DNA of 64,000 nt from an uncultured Nitrososphaerota archaeon (GTDB lineage Archaea; Thermoproteota; Nitrososphaeria; Nitrososphaerales; Nitrosopumilaceae), in NCBI GenBank assembly GCA_963824385.1, contig CAWGPD010000004.1, positions 192,001 to 256,000 on the forward strand, given 5' to 3'. Shown here piece by piece: positions 22,901 through 32,626 of the stretch; the first letter of the stretch is position 1, and every line of letters starts with the position of its first letter. The position numbers were made by a program, and so were the translations under genes. The notes beneath the pieces are model-generated. The model did no database searches. It was not told the origin of the DNA and saw only the letters and a program-made list of their open reading frames with translations.

Positions 22901-23181
22901 TTAGACCATCTGGCCTTTCTGCTTCTATGATAGATTCCACATATGCAGGATTTACTGGAATAGAGTATACCTTGTCTGCAAATCTTGTATCAGTTTGAAT
23001 TGTTGCAATGTTTGGATTTACAAGTACACTCTTGATTCCGTCTTCCTGGATGGCTTTGAGGCATTGGCTACCGGAGTAGTCGAATTGACGGCCACTTGAA
23101 GTGACTTTCGCCTGCTTCTCCGATTTTAATTGCCCCACTGCCAAGAACTAGAATCTTCTTTAACGACTCATCTTTTGGCAT
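19914..23181 (-). CDS. carB: carbamoyl-phosphate synthase large subunit; exon 1 23181-23107, exon 2 23084-19914 (1081 aa after removing the 22-nt insert)
   Basis: [25 protein letters not shown] joined to FDYSGSQC...; two ATP-grasp modules, EMNPRLSRSSALASKATGYP, MGS domain. Confidence 0.95.
23085..23106 (-). other. putative 22-nt bulge-helix-bulge mRNA intron in carB (AGUCACUUCAAGUGGCCGUCAA)
   Basis: Central helix GGCG/CGUC, 3-nt bulges AAA and AAU, inner hairpin GUCAC/GUGGC; cutting after the 2nd bulge nucleotide on each strand restores GAA|TTC (E-F). Confidence 0.85.
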
Positions 23182-24340
23182 TGTCCTCCCCTATGAGTTT
23201 CTTGAGCTCTTCAAAAATAAACATGCAATCAAAAGGTCCAGGCGATGCCTCTGGATGAAATTGTACAGCGATTATCTTTTTTTGTTTGTGTTTTATTCCT
23301 TCTACGGTTTTATCATCTGCATTTGTAAACCATAATTTAAAATCAGTATTTTTCAAAGATTCTGGGTCAATACAATATCCATGATTTTGACTAGTAACAT
23401 AGACTTGATTGTTGTCAAGATCAATACAAGATTTGTTTTGTCCTCTGTGGCCATACTTTAGCTTGTATGTATTTGCACCACCTGCCAGTCCCAAGATTTG
23501 TGCACCAAGACAAATTCCTAGTGTTGGAATATTTTTTTCAATGAGTGATTTTGCAGTCTTCATTGTTTCGGCACACTTGAGTGGATCTCCGGGACCGTTT
23601 GAAATTACAACTCCTTTTGGATCATATGATAAAATTTTCTCAATTGAATAATTCCATGGAACTTTGATTACCTTGTAACCCAATCTACGAACATTTCGCA
23701 ATATGGCATTTTTTACTCCAGTGTCAATTACTACAATGGATTGAGATTCTGAACCAAATGTTTGTGGTTCTTTTGTAGATACAGTATTCATAAACTCCTC
23801 ATCATTGTATTTTTTCACTGATGTCAACTTCTTTTTAAGTTCAGATACATCAATTGGAGTATCAGATACTGCAAGTGCTGCCATCATAACTCCGCTTGTT
23901 CTAAGTTTTATTGTAAGTTCCCGAGTATCAATTCCTGAAATTCCTGGAATTTTTTCATTATAGAGCCATTCATCAAGTGTCATCGATAAATTCCAGTGAC
24001 TTGCAGTAAGGGATAATTCATGCACAACTAGTCCTCTTGCCTGTATCATTTCAGATTCAAAGTTCTTTCTCATACCATCAGAGTCTTTTGCCATAGGATC
24101 CGGAACTCCATAGTTTCCCACGAGTGGATAGGTAAGTGTCAGAATCTGGCCGCTATAGGAAGGGTCTGTGAGTGCCTCAGTATAGCCAGTCATGCCAGTA
24201 TTGAATACTGCTTCACCAAAGACAGTAGTAGAATAACCAAATCCCATGCCCTCAAAAACAGTCCCATCTTCTAAGATCAATATACCAAACTTTTTTGCAT
24301 GTTTGGCTTTTTTTGTCGGAATCCTTGAAACCCTCTGCAT
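23168..24340 (-). CDS. carA: carbamoyl-phosphate synthase small subunit
   Basis: GEAVFNTGMTGY, TDPSYSGQI, SNGPGDP, GICLG, QFHPEASPGP. Confidence 0.97.
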   Translation of the reverse strand: MQRVSRIPTKKAKHAKKFGILILEDGTVFEGMGFGYSTTVFGEAVFNTGMTGYTEALTDPSYSGQILTLTYPLVGNYGVPDPMAKDSDGMRKNFESEMIQARGLVVHELSLTASHWNLSMTLDEWLYNEKIPGISGIDTRELTIKLRTSGVMMAALAVSDTPIDVSELKKKLTSVKKYNDEEFMNTVSTKEPQTFGSESQSIVVIDTGVKNAILRNVRRLGYKVIKVPWNYSIEKILSYDPKGVVISNGPGDPLKCAETMKTAKSLIEKNIPTLGICLGAQILGLAGGANTYKLKYGHRGQNKSCIDLDNNQVYVTSQNHGYCIDPESLKNTDFKLWFTNADDKTVEGIKHKQKKIIAVQFHPEASPGPFDCMFIFEELKKLIGEDNAKR

Positions 24341-24433
24341 GTGGATTTTGATAGGAATTTAAATTTTATGCCGATCTAAATTTTCAAAATAGAAATTTCC
24401 ATCAACTAGGACAAAATTTTTAAAAAATAAAAT

Positions 24434-25620
24434 CTAGAGTGCTTTGAATTGTTCAGTCCACTTGTAGTATGCCCTAATCATTTCCATACTAACACTTGGT
24501 TTTCTTCTTGATATTATCTCTTTGAAGTCAGCAGTTGTAAGTACTCTGGGTTGTGATTTTGGCTCTCCTAATACTTCTTCTCCAAAGTTTGGAGAGTGGA
24601 ATAAATCATTTACAACCATTAGTTGTGCTGATTGGCAGATGTCTTTGACATCAGATGCGCTGTATCCATCTGCAAGTTTTGCAAGTTCCATTGCCTTTAC
24701 TTTATCGTCCTTGTGCAATGGAGCAGTATAGAGATTAAAAAGTGCCTCTCTTGCTTCAAGTGACGGAAGTGAAACATAAACCCTCTTGGTGAATCTTCTA
24801 AGAAATGGCCAATCAAGACTCCATGGTTTGTTTGTTGCACCAATAACATAGAGTTTAAGATCTTTTCCTTTTCCGTTGATTCCATCCATCTCGGTTAAGA
24901 ATTGGTTTTTGACACGAATCTCGCCACCAATCTCACTGTTACGGTTACCAAGAAGTGAATCTACTTCATCGATGAATAATATAACTGGGAGTCCCTCTTT
25001 TTCTGCCAATCCCCTTGCCATCTGGAATAGCTTGGATACATTTTTTTCAGACTTCGCCTAGCCACTTGCTCATCATGGATGCGGCATCTACATTGATAAA
25101 ATAACCATCAATCTCATTTGCAGTAGCTGCTGCAATGACTGTCTTTCCACAGCCCGGTGGACCATAAAGTAAGATTCCTCTTGGCCATCCAAGTGGAAAC
25201 AAGTCTGGTCTCTTTGCAGGATATACAATTGATTCTCGTAAAGCATTCTTTGCATCGTCTAAACCGATAACTTCTTGCCATGTTACATTGGGTTTTTCCT
25301 TCATTATCAGAGAGTCTAGTTCATTTTTGGTAAGAGATTGCTTTTGCTCTTCAGGAGTTGCTTTGGGATCTACAGCTGGCTCCAATTCAACATTGTTCAT
25401 CTGTAATGCCTTGATGCGATTCTGGTATGCGGCTGTTCTCTCTTGATATACTCTGTTTAGTTTGTTTTCTGGATAAAGCTGGATTAATTTAACAAGTGAT
25501 TCAATCGCCCTTTGGTAATTTGCAATTGCCATTCCTCTGGCACCTTGAGAATCAAGACTTTATTGCCTCTGCGGCAAATTTGCTTGCACTATTTTCCAAT
25601 TCTTGAGGAGCTAGACTCAT
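24434..25620 (-). CDS. cdvC: Vps4/CdvC AAA+ ATPase with N-terminal MIT domain; frameshifts near 25557 and 25051
   Basis: MSLAPQELENSASKFAAEAIK MIT start, GPPGCGKT, SKWLGE, FIDEVD, GATNKPW..D, RRF. Confidence 0.9.
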
Positions 25621-25631
25621 AATATCATCAA

Positions 25632-26210
25632 CTATATCTCGACTGCGGTTCTTTCAAGGTAATCACCATTGTTAATTCGTCTAGTAGAATTTGTTAAATT
25701 AATTGAACCAACTTCAGTTCTTGTGATTTCAGCCTTCACAGGCTCGATTTCTACAGGTTCAGATTTAGGAGTAAGAATATACAGAAGTGAAGGAATCCTA
25801 AAGTCATCAATCTTGGTTTGTGCCACTTTACCAAATACAAGGTTCCCAGTCACATCATCATGTAGTGCCTGAATCTGATGTAATGCAAATTCAGCAGATA
25901 TGACCAAGTCTTCAAGTTCAGTCTTCAATCCATTAACAGAGTTTGCTGCGTGCAGTATGATTCCAACAAACTCTTGCAAAAATACTTTGATATCACGTTT
26001 ATCTTTATATTTTGTAAGCAAATACTCGGCAGCTAGCATCACTTGTCGTATGTCTTTCAACTCTTCCACAGAAAGCGTTTCAATAAAAGAATCACTTGTA
26101 TCATTACCCTTTTGAGATATTTTTTGCTCAACTTTTGACGATAGGATTTTGATTTTATCAAGATGATCAGACAAGTCAGATTGACTAGCATTCTTTGTGA
26201 AATTTAGCAT
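25632..26210 (-). CDS. hypothetical coiled-coil protein between the ESCRT-III-like gene and cdvC
   Basis: 192-aa helical ORF, co-oriented with short gaps. Confidence 0.7.
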   Translation of the reverse strand: MLNFTKNASQSDLSDHLDKIKILSSKVEQKISQKGNDTSDSFIETLSVEELKDIRQVMLAAEYLLTKYKDKRDIKVFLQEFVGIILHAANSVNGLKTELEDLVISAEFALHQIQALHDDVTGNLVFGKVAQTKIDDFRIPSLLYILTPKSEPVEIEPVKAEITRTEVGSINLTNSTRRINNGDYLERTAVEI

Positions 26211-26219
26211 GTCAGTGCC

Positions 26220-26783
26220 TTACCAGAAATCTAGATTAGGGAACTGCTTGTATATTTTAGAGTCAGCAATCAATTTAGCTTCATCTAACAGTCTACTTGA
26301 GATATCATTTGCCTTGCCAAAGTCTAAATTTGTACTTGCCAAGTGCGCTGCATCAATTATAATTCCTCCCAACAGCAATGACAACTCTCCTAACTGAAAG
26401 TCCATGGCTGGCATTAGTGCCAAGAGTTTAGACCTAATCGTTCTAACAACAGATATTGTGGGAGATAGTATGATAGGCACGTTTTCAAGTCCAGATATAC
26501 GGTCAATGCTTCGTCTTACCTGCCTTAGTGATTCAATTGTATAAGATAATTCAAGTTCATATCTAACTTGTTTTTCAAGTGTAGAAAGTAACTGGGAGTC
26601 CTTGTCTAGTCGACCATACAAATCCAAATTATTTTTGTTTACATCTTGTCTGTGTCGTGTCAGAACATCAAGCAGATCATCTACAATTTCAGTTGCATAG
26701 TCTATTCGTGGCTTGATTGTACTTGCCCGTACAAGTTGACTCTTGCCATTACTTTCAATAATCCATTTTGATTGATTTATCAT
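26220..26783 (-). CDS. divergent ESCRT-III/CdvB-like protein
   Basis: LSPTISVVRTIRSKLLALMP...LGELSLLLGG...LLDEAKLIADSKIYKQFPNL resembles CdvB-family C-terminal helices; lies upstream of cdvC. Confidence 0.65.
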   Translation of the reverse strand: MINQSKWIIESNGKSQLVRASTIKPRIDYATEIVDDLLDVLTRHRQDVNKNNLDLYGRLDKDSQLLSTLEKQVRYELELSYTIESLRQVRRSIDRISGLENVPIILSPTISVVRTIRSKLLALMPAMDFQLGELSLLLGGIIIDAAHLASTNLDFGKANDISSRLLDEAKLIADSKIYKQFPNLDFW

Positions 26784-26793
26784 TCCCTACAGG

Positions 26794-26836
26794 TGACTTG
26801 ACTTTGCACTTATACGGTCCTTGTTACGTCAAGTCA
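26794..26836. promoter_or_regulatory. perfect 9-bp inverted repeat (TGACTTGAC-N25-GTCAAGTCA) bracketing a TATA-like element of the cdvB-like operon
   Basis: Arms at 26794-26802 and 26828-26836; TATAAG on the minus strand at 26809-26814. Confidence 0.5.
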
Positions 26837-26942
26837 TGTCACTACAGTCACACAATCTGAAGATACAGCTTAGTATTTTTTCAAAGCTTTGTTCAATGAA
26901 TTTAGCTATTCAGCTTACCTTCCAACTTGATAAATCCAACTG

Positions 26943-28118
26943 ATGGTAAAAGGCCAAGACCTAGCCGTAAGTCTAGAAGAGTTCGGATTAAGCAAATATG
27001 AGGCTCAAGCCTATGTCACCATGATTACAAAAGGTACAATTTCTGCAGGCGAACTTGCATATTATTCTAATTTACCAAGAACTAAAGTCTATCCAACATT
27101 ACTCAAACTTGAGAAAAAAAAGATTGCAATAATATCAAAGAGCAAGCCAATCATGTGTACTGCAATTGCACCAGAAGATGCTTTTGATGAAATCATACAA
27201 GAACAGATTAACCGAGTAAATGCCATGAACAATCTTATTACAAAATTAAAAGAGTTAAGCGAAGATAGCAAAAAGGCAAGAGGTTCAGAGGAGCAAAGAT
27301 ACTTCCACTTGGGCGCAAATTATGTATTCAAACAACTCCAGACAATGATAGAAGGTTCCAAGACGTCAATACATGTAGTAATAGATTCATGGGGGCTCAA
27401 TCTTTCGTCACAATGTAAAGAAGTGCTTCTGCAGGTATTAAGAAAAGACATTGATGTCAAGATAGTAATTCCCCCAAGCCTTGTATGCTCTGAGACTTTT
27501 CATGGACTTCCAACAGGAATCAAGATCAAGACCGCAGACATATCACAAAATGTATTCATCTTTGATGATTCTGAAATTCTCATGATAAACAGCAACAATG
27601 GGAAAGGCGCGATATTTCATTCAACGGATGTTTTAGGAACTAATCAGGTCAAGTCATTTGATCAGATATGGAAGAATGGAGTCAGGATAAGTAATTTGGC
27701 AGACATGACAAAAAGTGATGCTCAGGAGACATTAAAGACAATTCAAGTAATAACTGAAAACGGATTAGGTTACGTACTTAATTCCATGATAAACTCAAAG
27801 AGTAAGGGAATAGACATTTTAAATTTCTTGAACAAAAATGGTATCGATCTTGAATCAAAGACACTTGATGAAATTATAGCACTTGTTGATTCTACACTGG
27901 ACATTACATGTTCTGGACATCTAAAGTATGAATCAAGTGCAAACCACTTTGTAATCGAGTCCAAAGTCAATAGCGGCCACTCTATTCCCTGGGCGTTGCT
28001 GCTTGAAGGATATCTCAATAAAAAAGGAATTAAGACAAAGATGATCTATAACGACCATGTTCACAATGGCGAGCGGATCCACATCAAGGTAGATTCAAAA
28101 ATTAGCCTATCATCGTAG
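26943..28118 (+). CDS. TrmB-family transcriptional regulator
   Basis: LEEFGLSKYEAQAY...LPRTKVYPTLLKLEKK winged HTH plus effector domain. Confidence 0.85.
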   Translation: MVKGQDLAVSLEEFGLSKYEAQAYVTMITKGTISAGELAYYSNLPRTKVYPTLLKLEKKKIAIISKSKPIMCTAIAPEDAFDEIIQEQINRVNAMNNLITKLKELSEDSKKARGSEEQRYFHLGANYVFKQLQTMIEGSKTSIHVVIDSWGLNLSSQCKEVLLQVLRKDIDVKIVIPPSLVCSETFHGLPTGIKIKTADISQNVFIFDDSEILMINSNNGKGAIFHSTDVLGTNQVKSFDQIWKNGVRISNLADMTKSDAQETLKTIQVITENGLGYVLNSMINSKSKGIDILNFLNKNGIDLESKTLDEIIALVDSTLDITCSGHLKYESSANHFVIESKVNSGHSIPWALLLEGYLNKKGIKTKMIYNDHVHNGERIHIKVDSKISLSS

Positions 28119-28215
28119 ACTACGGAGAGTATACTTTATTTTCATACCAAACGAAGCGTGGACGTGTTGATATAGAGCATAAATAGTTATATGTACTCTA
28201 TTTAGAATAAGAATC

Positions 28216-28819
28216 ATGAATAGCAAACTCGTTAAGGCATCAAGTGCTTTGACATTGTTCATTCTTATGGCATCTGTTGTTGCATCAAGTGCTCCTGCAT
28301 ATGCATCTACTACAGTGCAGTAAGAAATGGACCTCATTTGGTGGAGGAACATTACTAACATACCAAGATGGCCTTAAGATAAATAATGCAACATTTGACA
28401 TCTCAAAACACTACACAACAATCCCAACACAAAATCTCATAATAGGCGACAAGTCAAATATCAAACTAAAGATCTTTGATAACGTCGGTGCTAAAAATAT
28501 AGTCAGTGTGCTTATGTTTGTGAACCTTAGTGGAAATGACCCAGTAGCATCTAAGACTCACACATACATTGCTTGGGAGAAGAGCGGAGGAGTGTCAGTA
28601 TCAGACCCAACGGGAGTATTTCAGAAAGTAACTGGATGGGTAAAAATCAAGCACCAATTAATGTGGCTTACATTCCACATAATACCAGCAAAGTCCTTGA
28701 CAGGAAATGACATAATAATTAAAGCATGGGATTCAAACTATGCATCAGGTCAAGAGGAGATCTTAAATGCAATCAACTTTGGTGTGCTTCCAACAGGTTC
28801 CGTTAACACTGTCCAATAA
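28216..28819 (+). CDS. secreted hypothetical protein; reading frame broken near 28320
   Basis: Signal peptide MNSKLVKASSALTLFILMASVVASSAPAYA, continuing in the 28277..28819 ORF frame. Confidence 0.7.
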
Positions 28820-28904
28820 AAAGCCAAACAAAAACAACAACTTTTCTTTTTCTATTTTTCAAGTTTGTACCTTTATAATATGATATGATTCATTTCAACC
28901 TTGA

Positions 28905-31900
28905 ATGCAGTTATCTACGGATTTTAATCCAAAAAAGATAGAAGATGAAGTAAAAGAGCAATTATCCAAACTTGATTTAGAGAAATTAATTTTTGAATCA
29001 CAAAACAAGACAAAAAAAATTGCGTTCATAGAAGGGCCTCCCACCATGAATGGAACACCACATGCTGGTCACCTTCGCGGAAGAATAATGAAAGACTTGT
29101 GGTATAGATATGCAACTCTACGAGGCTACAAGATAATTTTCAATGCAGGGTGGGACACCCAAGGACTTCCAGTGGAATTACAAGTAGAAAAAGAACTGGG
29201 CATCTCGGGAAACAAATCCCAGGTTTTAGAATCAATAGGAATTGAAAAAATAGTTTCAGAGTGTAAAAAAATCGTCCACAAATTCAATGAAAAATGGGTT
29301 GAAGTTGACAAACTTCTTGGCATGTCATTTAATCAACAAAAAGCATACTGGACATACAAGGATGAATATATTGAGCGAGAGTGGAAGTATCTAAAAAAGG
29401 CGCATGAAATAGGAATTCTATCAGAATCATACAAGGTAGTAGCGTATTGCCCCAGTTGTCAAACATCGCTTAGTCAGAGAGAAGTAACAGAGGGATATGA
29501 TACTGTAGTAGACCCATCTCTGTACTATAAAGTAAAATTACAAGACGAAGATCTACATCTGATCGTCTGGACTACAATGCCATTTACTTTAGTAACTGAC
29601 ACCATGGTGGGCCTAAGTCCTGATGAGAATTATGTTCATGTGAAAGTTGGAAGTGAAATATGGCTTGTTGGAGAAAAAAGATTAGAGGAATTCATGAAAG
29701 AAACAAAAATAGAACAATATGAAATAATCAAAACTATCAAAGGAATAGAACTTGAAGGAAAAAAATACATCCACCCATTACTAGATGAGATTACTGGACT
29801 ACAAGAGTTTTCAAAATTACCTAAATTTCACATAGCTGTTGCAGAGAGTTTTGTAGATATACAAACGGGCAGTGGTCTTGTCCACCTTTCCCCTGCAAAC
29901 GGAGAGGAAGATTTTGAAATTGCATCAAAAAGATCAATACCAATATTCAATCCAATAAATGATGAGGCCAAATTCACAAAAGATGCAGGAGTCTATGCTG
30001 GGTTATTTGTAAGAGATTCTGATGAAAAAATAGTAAGCGCCCTGAAAGAAAAGGGCGCCCTAGTCAAGATTGGAAAAATAAAACATCAATATCCACTTTG
30101 CTGGAGATCACAGCACAAGCTTCTCTGGCTTGCACGAAGAGGGTTTTTCTATTTTTTAGACAGACTTGGCGACAAGGCGATAAAAGCTGCAGAAAGCGTA
30201 GAATACTTCTTTGAACCTCCGCGCAATAGATTTTTGGAGATAATAAAAGACAAACATCCTTGGTGTATCTCAAGGGAGCGCATCTGGGGATGTCCTTTAC
30301 CCATATGGAATTGTAAAAAATGCAATCATAACAAATGGTTCTTCTCAAGAGATGAAATTGTAAAAGCGGCATCTGAACTTCCAGATGGCCCAAATTTTGA
30401 ACTTCACAAACCATGGATTGACAACATTGTCATAAAATGTGAAAAATGCGAAACCAAGATGGAAAGAGAGCAGTTTGTTTTAGATACATGGCACAACAGC
30501 GGTGCTGCACCTTATGCATCGCTTACTGACTCTGAATATAACGAACTAATTCCCGCACTTTTCCTAACTGAGGGAATAGACCAGACAAGAGGATGGGCAT
30601 ACACGCTTTTAATAGAAAATGTGATTTTCAATAACGCTCCAATTGCACCATTCAAGTCATTTTTGTTTCAAGGTCATGTACTTGATGCAAATGGAAACAA
30701 GATGAGTAAAAGTAAAGGAAATGTAATGGATGCAGAAGAATTATTGAGAAAATATTCTGTTGATTTGATAAGATTGTACTTTATGTGGAAGTCAAGTCCA
30801 ATAGAGCCAATTAATTTCAGTACAGATGAGCTTGTATCAAGACCATACCAGATTCTAAGTACTTTATATCATCTTCACCTATATTTTAAACAAAATAGCC
30901 AATATGACAAATATGAAAAAAATTACAGTGTACAATGGGCAAAAGACAAAGGCCTTCTAAAAGAATCAGAGGTTTGGATTTTAGCAAAACTTCAAAAATT
31001 AATTTCCTCAGAAATCGAATCATATGACAAGTGCAAGTTTCATGAAGCTGCAAGAGCAATTGATGACTTTCTCATAAATTCTGTAAGTCAAGTATACATT
31101 CCCATTACCCGTGAAGAGTTATGGGCAGAAGACGAGTCTCAAAAGGACAGAAGGTTTGCAATTTATGCAACACTTGCAGAGATATTACGAAATTTAGACG
31201 TATTACTGCATCCGATATGCCCCTTTACGACCCAGTATCTGTACAATACAATGTTTGCAGAGAAAAAGAACATACTTTTGGAAGACTTTCCATTAGCACA
31301 AGATTCTCTTACAAATGACAAAGTCGAAGAAGCATTTGATTTATTGAAAGAGGTAGTATCAGTTTCTGCAGCTGCAAGAATGAAGGGTAAACTCAAGAGA
31401 AGATGGCCATTAAACGATGCGATAATTTGTGTTGAACCATCTCAAAAGGTAAAACTAGAGACCCTCTCAGAACTATTACTATCACAACTTAATGTAGAAA
31501 AATTTAACATTATCGAATTATCAAAATCAGAAGGACTTGAACTTGTGTCAAATATGTTACATGCAAAACTTCCAATAATTCCAAAAGTAGAACTTGAGAG
31601 GAAAAAAATAGGACCCAAGGCAAAACAAGATATGGGAAGACTATTGGACAAGTTTTCTCAAACTGATCCAAGTGCAATAGTAGACAGTCTTTTGAAGAAC
31701 GGAGCATATACTTTTGATCTTGGAGACAGTAAAATTGAATTATCTAAAGATGATTTCATTGTAGGATATTCTGAAAAGGATGGTTTTGCAATGTCAAATC
31801 GTGATTCACTTGTGGTATTCATTAGCACAACTAGAAACCATGAAATGCTTGCAAGAGGACTCATACGTGACATTGCAAGAAGATTACAAGTATTAAGAAA

Positions 31901-32102
31901 AGAGAGAGGTTACACCCCAACTGACGTATTAGAGGCGGCATACATCTTGGGTCTTGATGAAGAGTCGTTGGAGATGGCAAAAGAAAAACAATCAGATCTT
32001 TCATTTCTAGTCAGAGTAAAGAGAATTGAATTTGAAGACAGGGCTAAAAATTACAAAGATGAGGACTTGGATGGTCAAAAGATTCGAATCTCAGTTGAGT
32101 AG
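28905..32102 (+). CDS. ileS: isoleucine--tRNA ligase
   Basis: EGPPTMNGTPHAGH, WTTMPFTL, EGIDQTRGW, KMSKS. Confidence 0.97.
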   Translation: MQLSTDFNPKKIEDEVKEQLSKLDLEKLIFESQNKTKKIAFIEGPPTMNGTPHAGHLRGRIMKDLWYRYATLRGYKIIFNAGWDTQGLPVELQVEKELGISGNKSQVLESIGIEKIVSECKKIVHKFNEKWVEVDKLLGMSFNQQKAYWTYKDEYIEREWKYLKKAHEIGILSESYKVVAYCPSCQTSLSQREVTEGYDTVVDPSLYYKVKLQDEDLHLIVWTTMPFTLVTDTMVGLSPDENYVHVKVGSEIWLVGEKRLEEFMKETKIEQYEIIKTIKGIELEGKKYIHPLLDEITGLQEFSKLPKFHIAVAESFVDIQTGSGLVHLSPANGEEDFEIASKRSIPIFNPINDEAKFTKDAGVYAGLFVRDSDEKIVSALKEKGALVKIGKIKHQYPLCWRSQHKLLWLARRGFFYFLDRLGDKAIKAAESVEYFFEPPRNRFLEIIKDKHPWCISRERIWGCPLPIWNCKKCNHNKWFFSRDEIVKAASELPDGPNFELHKPWIDNIVIKCEKCETKMEREQFVLDTWHNSGAAPYASLTDSEYNELIPALFLTEGIDQTRGWAYTLLIENVIFNNAPIAPFKSFLFQGHVLDANGNKMSKSKGNVMDAEELLRKYSVDLIRLYFMWKSSPIEPINFSTDELVSRPYQILSTLYHLHLYFKQNSQYDKYEKNYSVQWAKDKGLLKESEVWILAKLQKLISSEIESYDKCKFHEAARAIDDFLINSVSQVYIPITREELWAEDESQKDRRFAIYATLAEILRNLDVLLHPICPFTTQYLYNTMFAEKKNILLEDFPLAQDSLTNDKVEEAFDLLKEVVSVSAAARMKGKLKRRWPLNDAIICVEPSQKVKLETLSELLLSQLNVEKFNIIELSKSEGLELVSNMLHAKLPIIPKVELERKKIGPKAKQDMGRLLDKFSQTDPSAIVDSLLKNGAYTFDLGDSKIELSKDDFIVGYSEKDGFAMSNRDSLVVFISTTRNHEMLARGLIRDIARRLQVLRKERGYTPTDVLEAAYILGLDEESLEMAKEKQSDLSFLVRVKRIEFEDRAKNYKDEDLDGQKIRISVE

Positions 32103-32147
32103 TGATTCATCCATTGAATTAAATAATAAAAATGCACACTGTATAAC

Positions 32148-32516
32148 ATGGCAAAACAGATAACCTTAGACGGATGGTTAGTATCACATTTTGCAGTTTT
32201 ATTAAAAAAAGCATCCTCTCATGTTACAAAGACCAAAACACCTCTTGTTTTGTACAGAAATACACTAGAGGAGGAAGAGGAAGCATATCAAGAAACAGTA
32301 TGTACTATAACAGATGGATATGTCGTAGTACAGGTAATCACATCAGGAGGAGGCGTAGTTCCAAGCTTTCAGCAACAGTTTGTCTTCACATTAGACGAAT
32401 TTCCCAATTGGCTTATGCGAAAAAGCAAAGATTTGTTCCTACAATGTGTTGATCTCCTAGAAGAACAATTCAGTGAAAGAGACGCACCATCGCAAGATTT
32501 GAAAAATGTTACATGA
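32148..32516 (+). CDS. conserved hypothetical protein
   Basis: 122-aa ORF with an AT-rich TATA-like element upstream. Confidence 0.7.
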   Translation: MAKQITLDGWLVSHFAVLLKKASSHVTKTKTPLVLYRNTLEEEEEAYQETVCTITDGYVVVQVITSGGGVVPSFQQQFVFTLDEFPNWLMRKSKDLFLQCVDLLEEQFSERDAPSQDLKNVT

Positions 32517-32626
32517 AAAATAAAATCTACATTTGCGATCAGAAATAAATTCAACTCAAAATAAGGAGTAAATCAATAACAAACACATCAAACAGATTAT
32601 AAAGACCATAAAAATGAAAAATCACA

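Noticed and set aside
23085..23106. carB insert as an intein remnant, IS footprint or sequencing indel
   Set aside because: It is not a multiple of 3, has no HN/C-S-T intein junction and no target duplication beyond AA; a 22-nt structured insert does not match the 1-nt error pattern
23085..23144. ORF-track start for carB (MAVGQLKSEKQ...)
   Set aside because: This is an out-of-frame reading of exon 1 and the intron; the conserved N-terminus starts at ATG 23181
25047..25560. Further BHB introns at the other frameshift sites (cdvC, ilvC, uvrA, metG and others)
   Set aside because: Each is repaired by adding or removing one base; no extra sequence or BHB fold was seen
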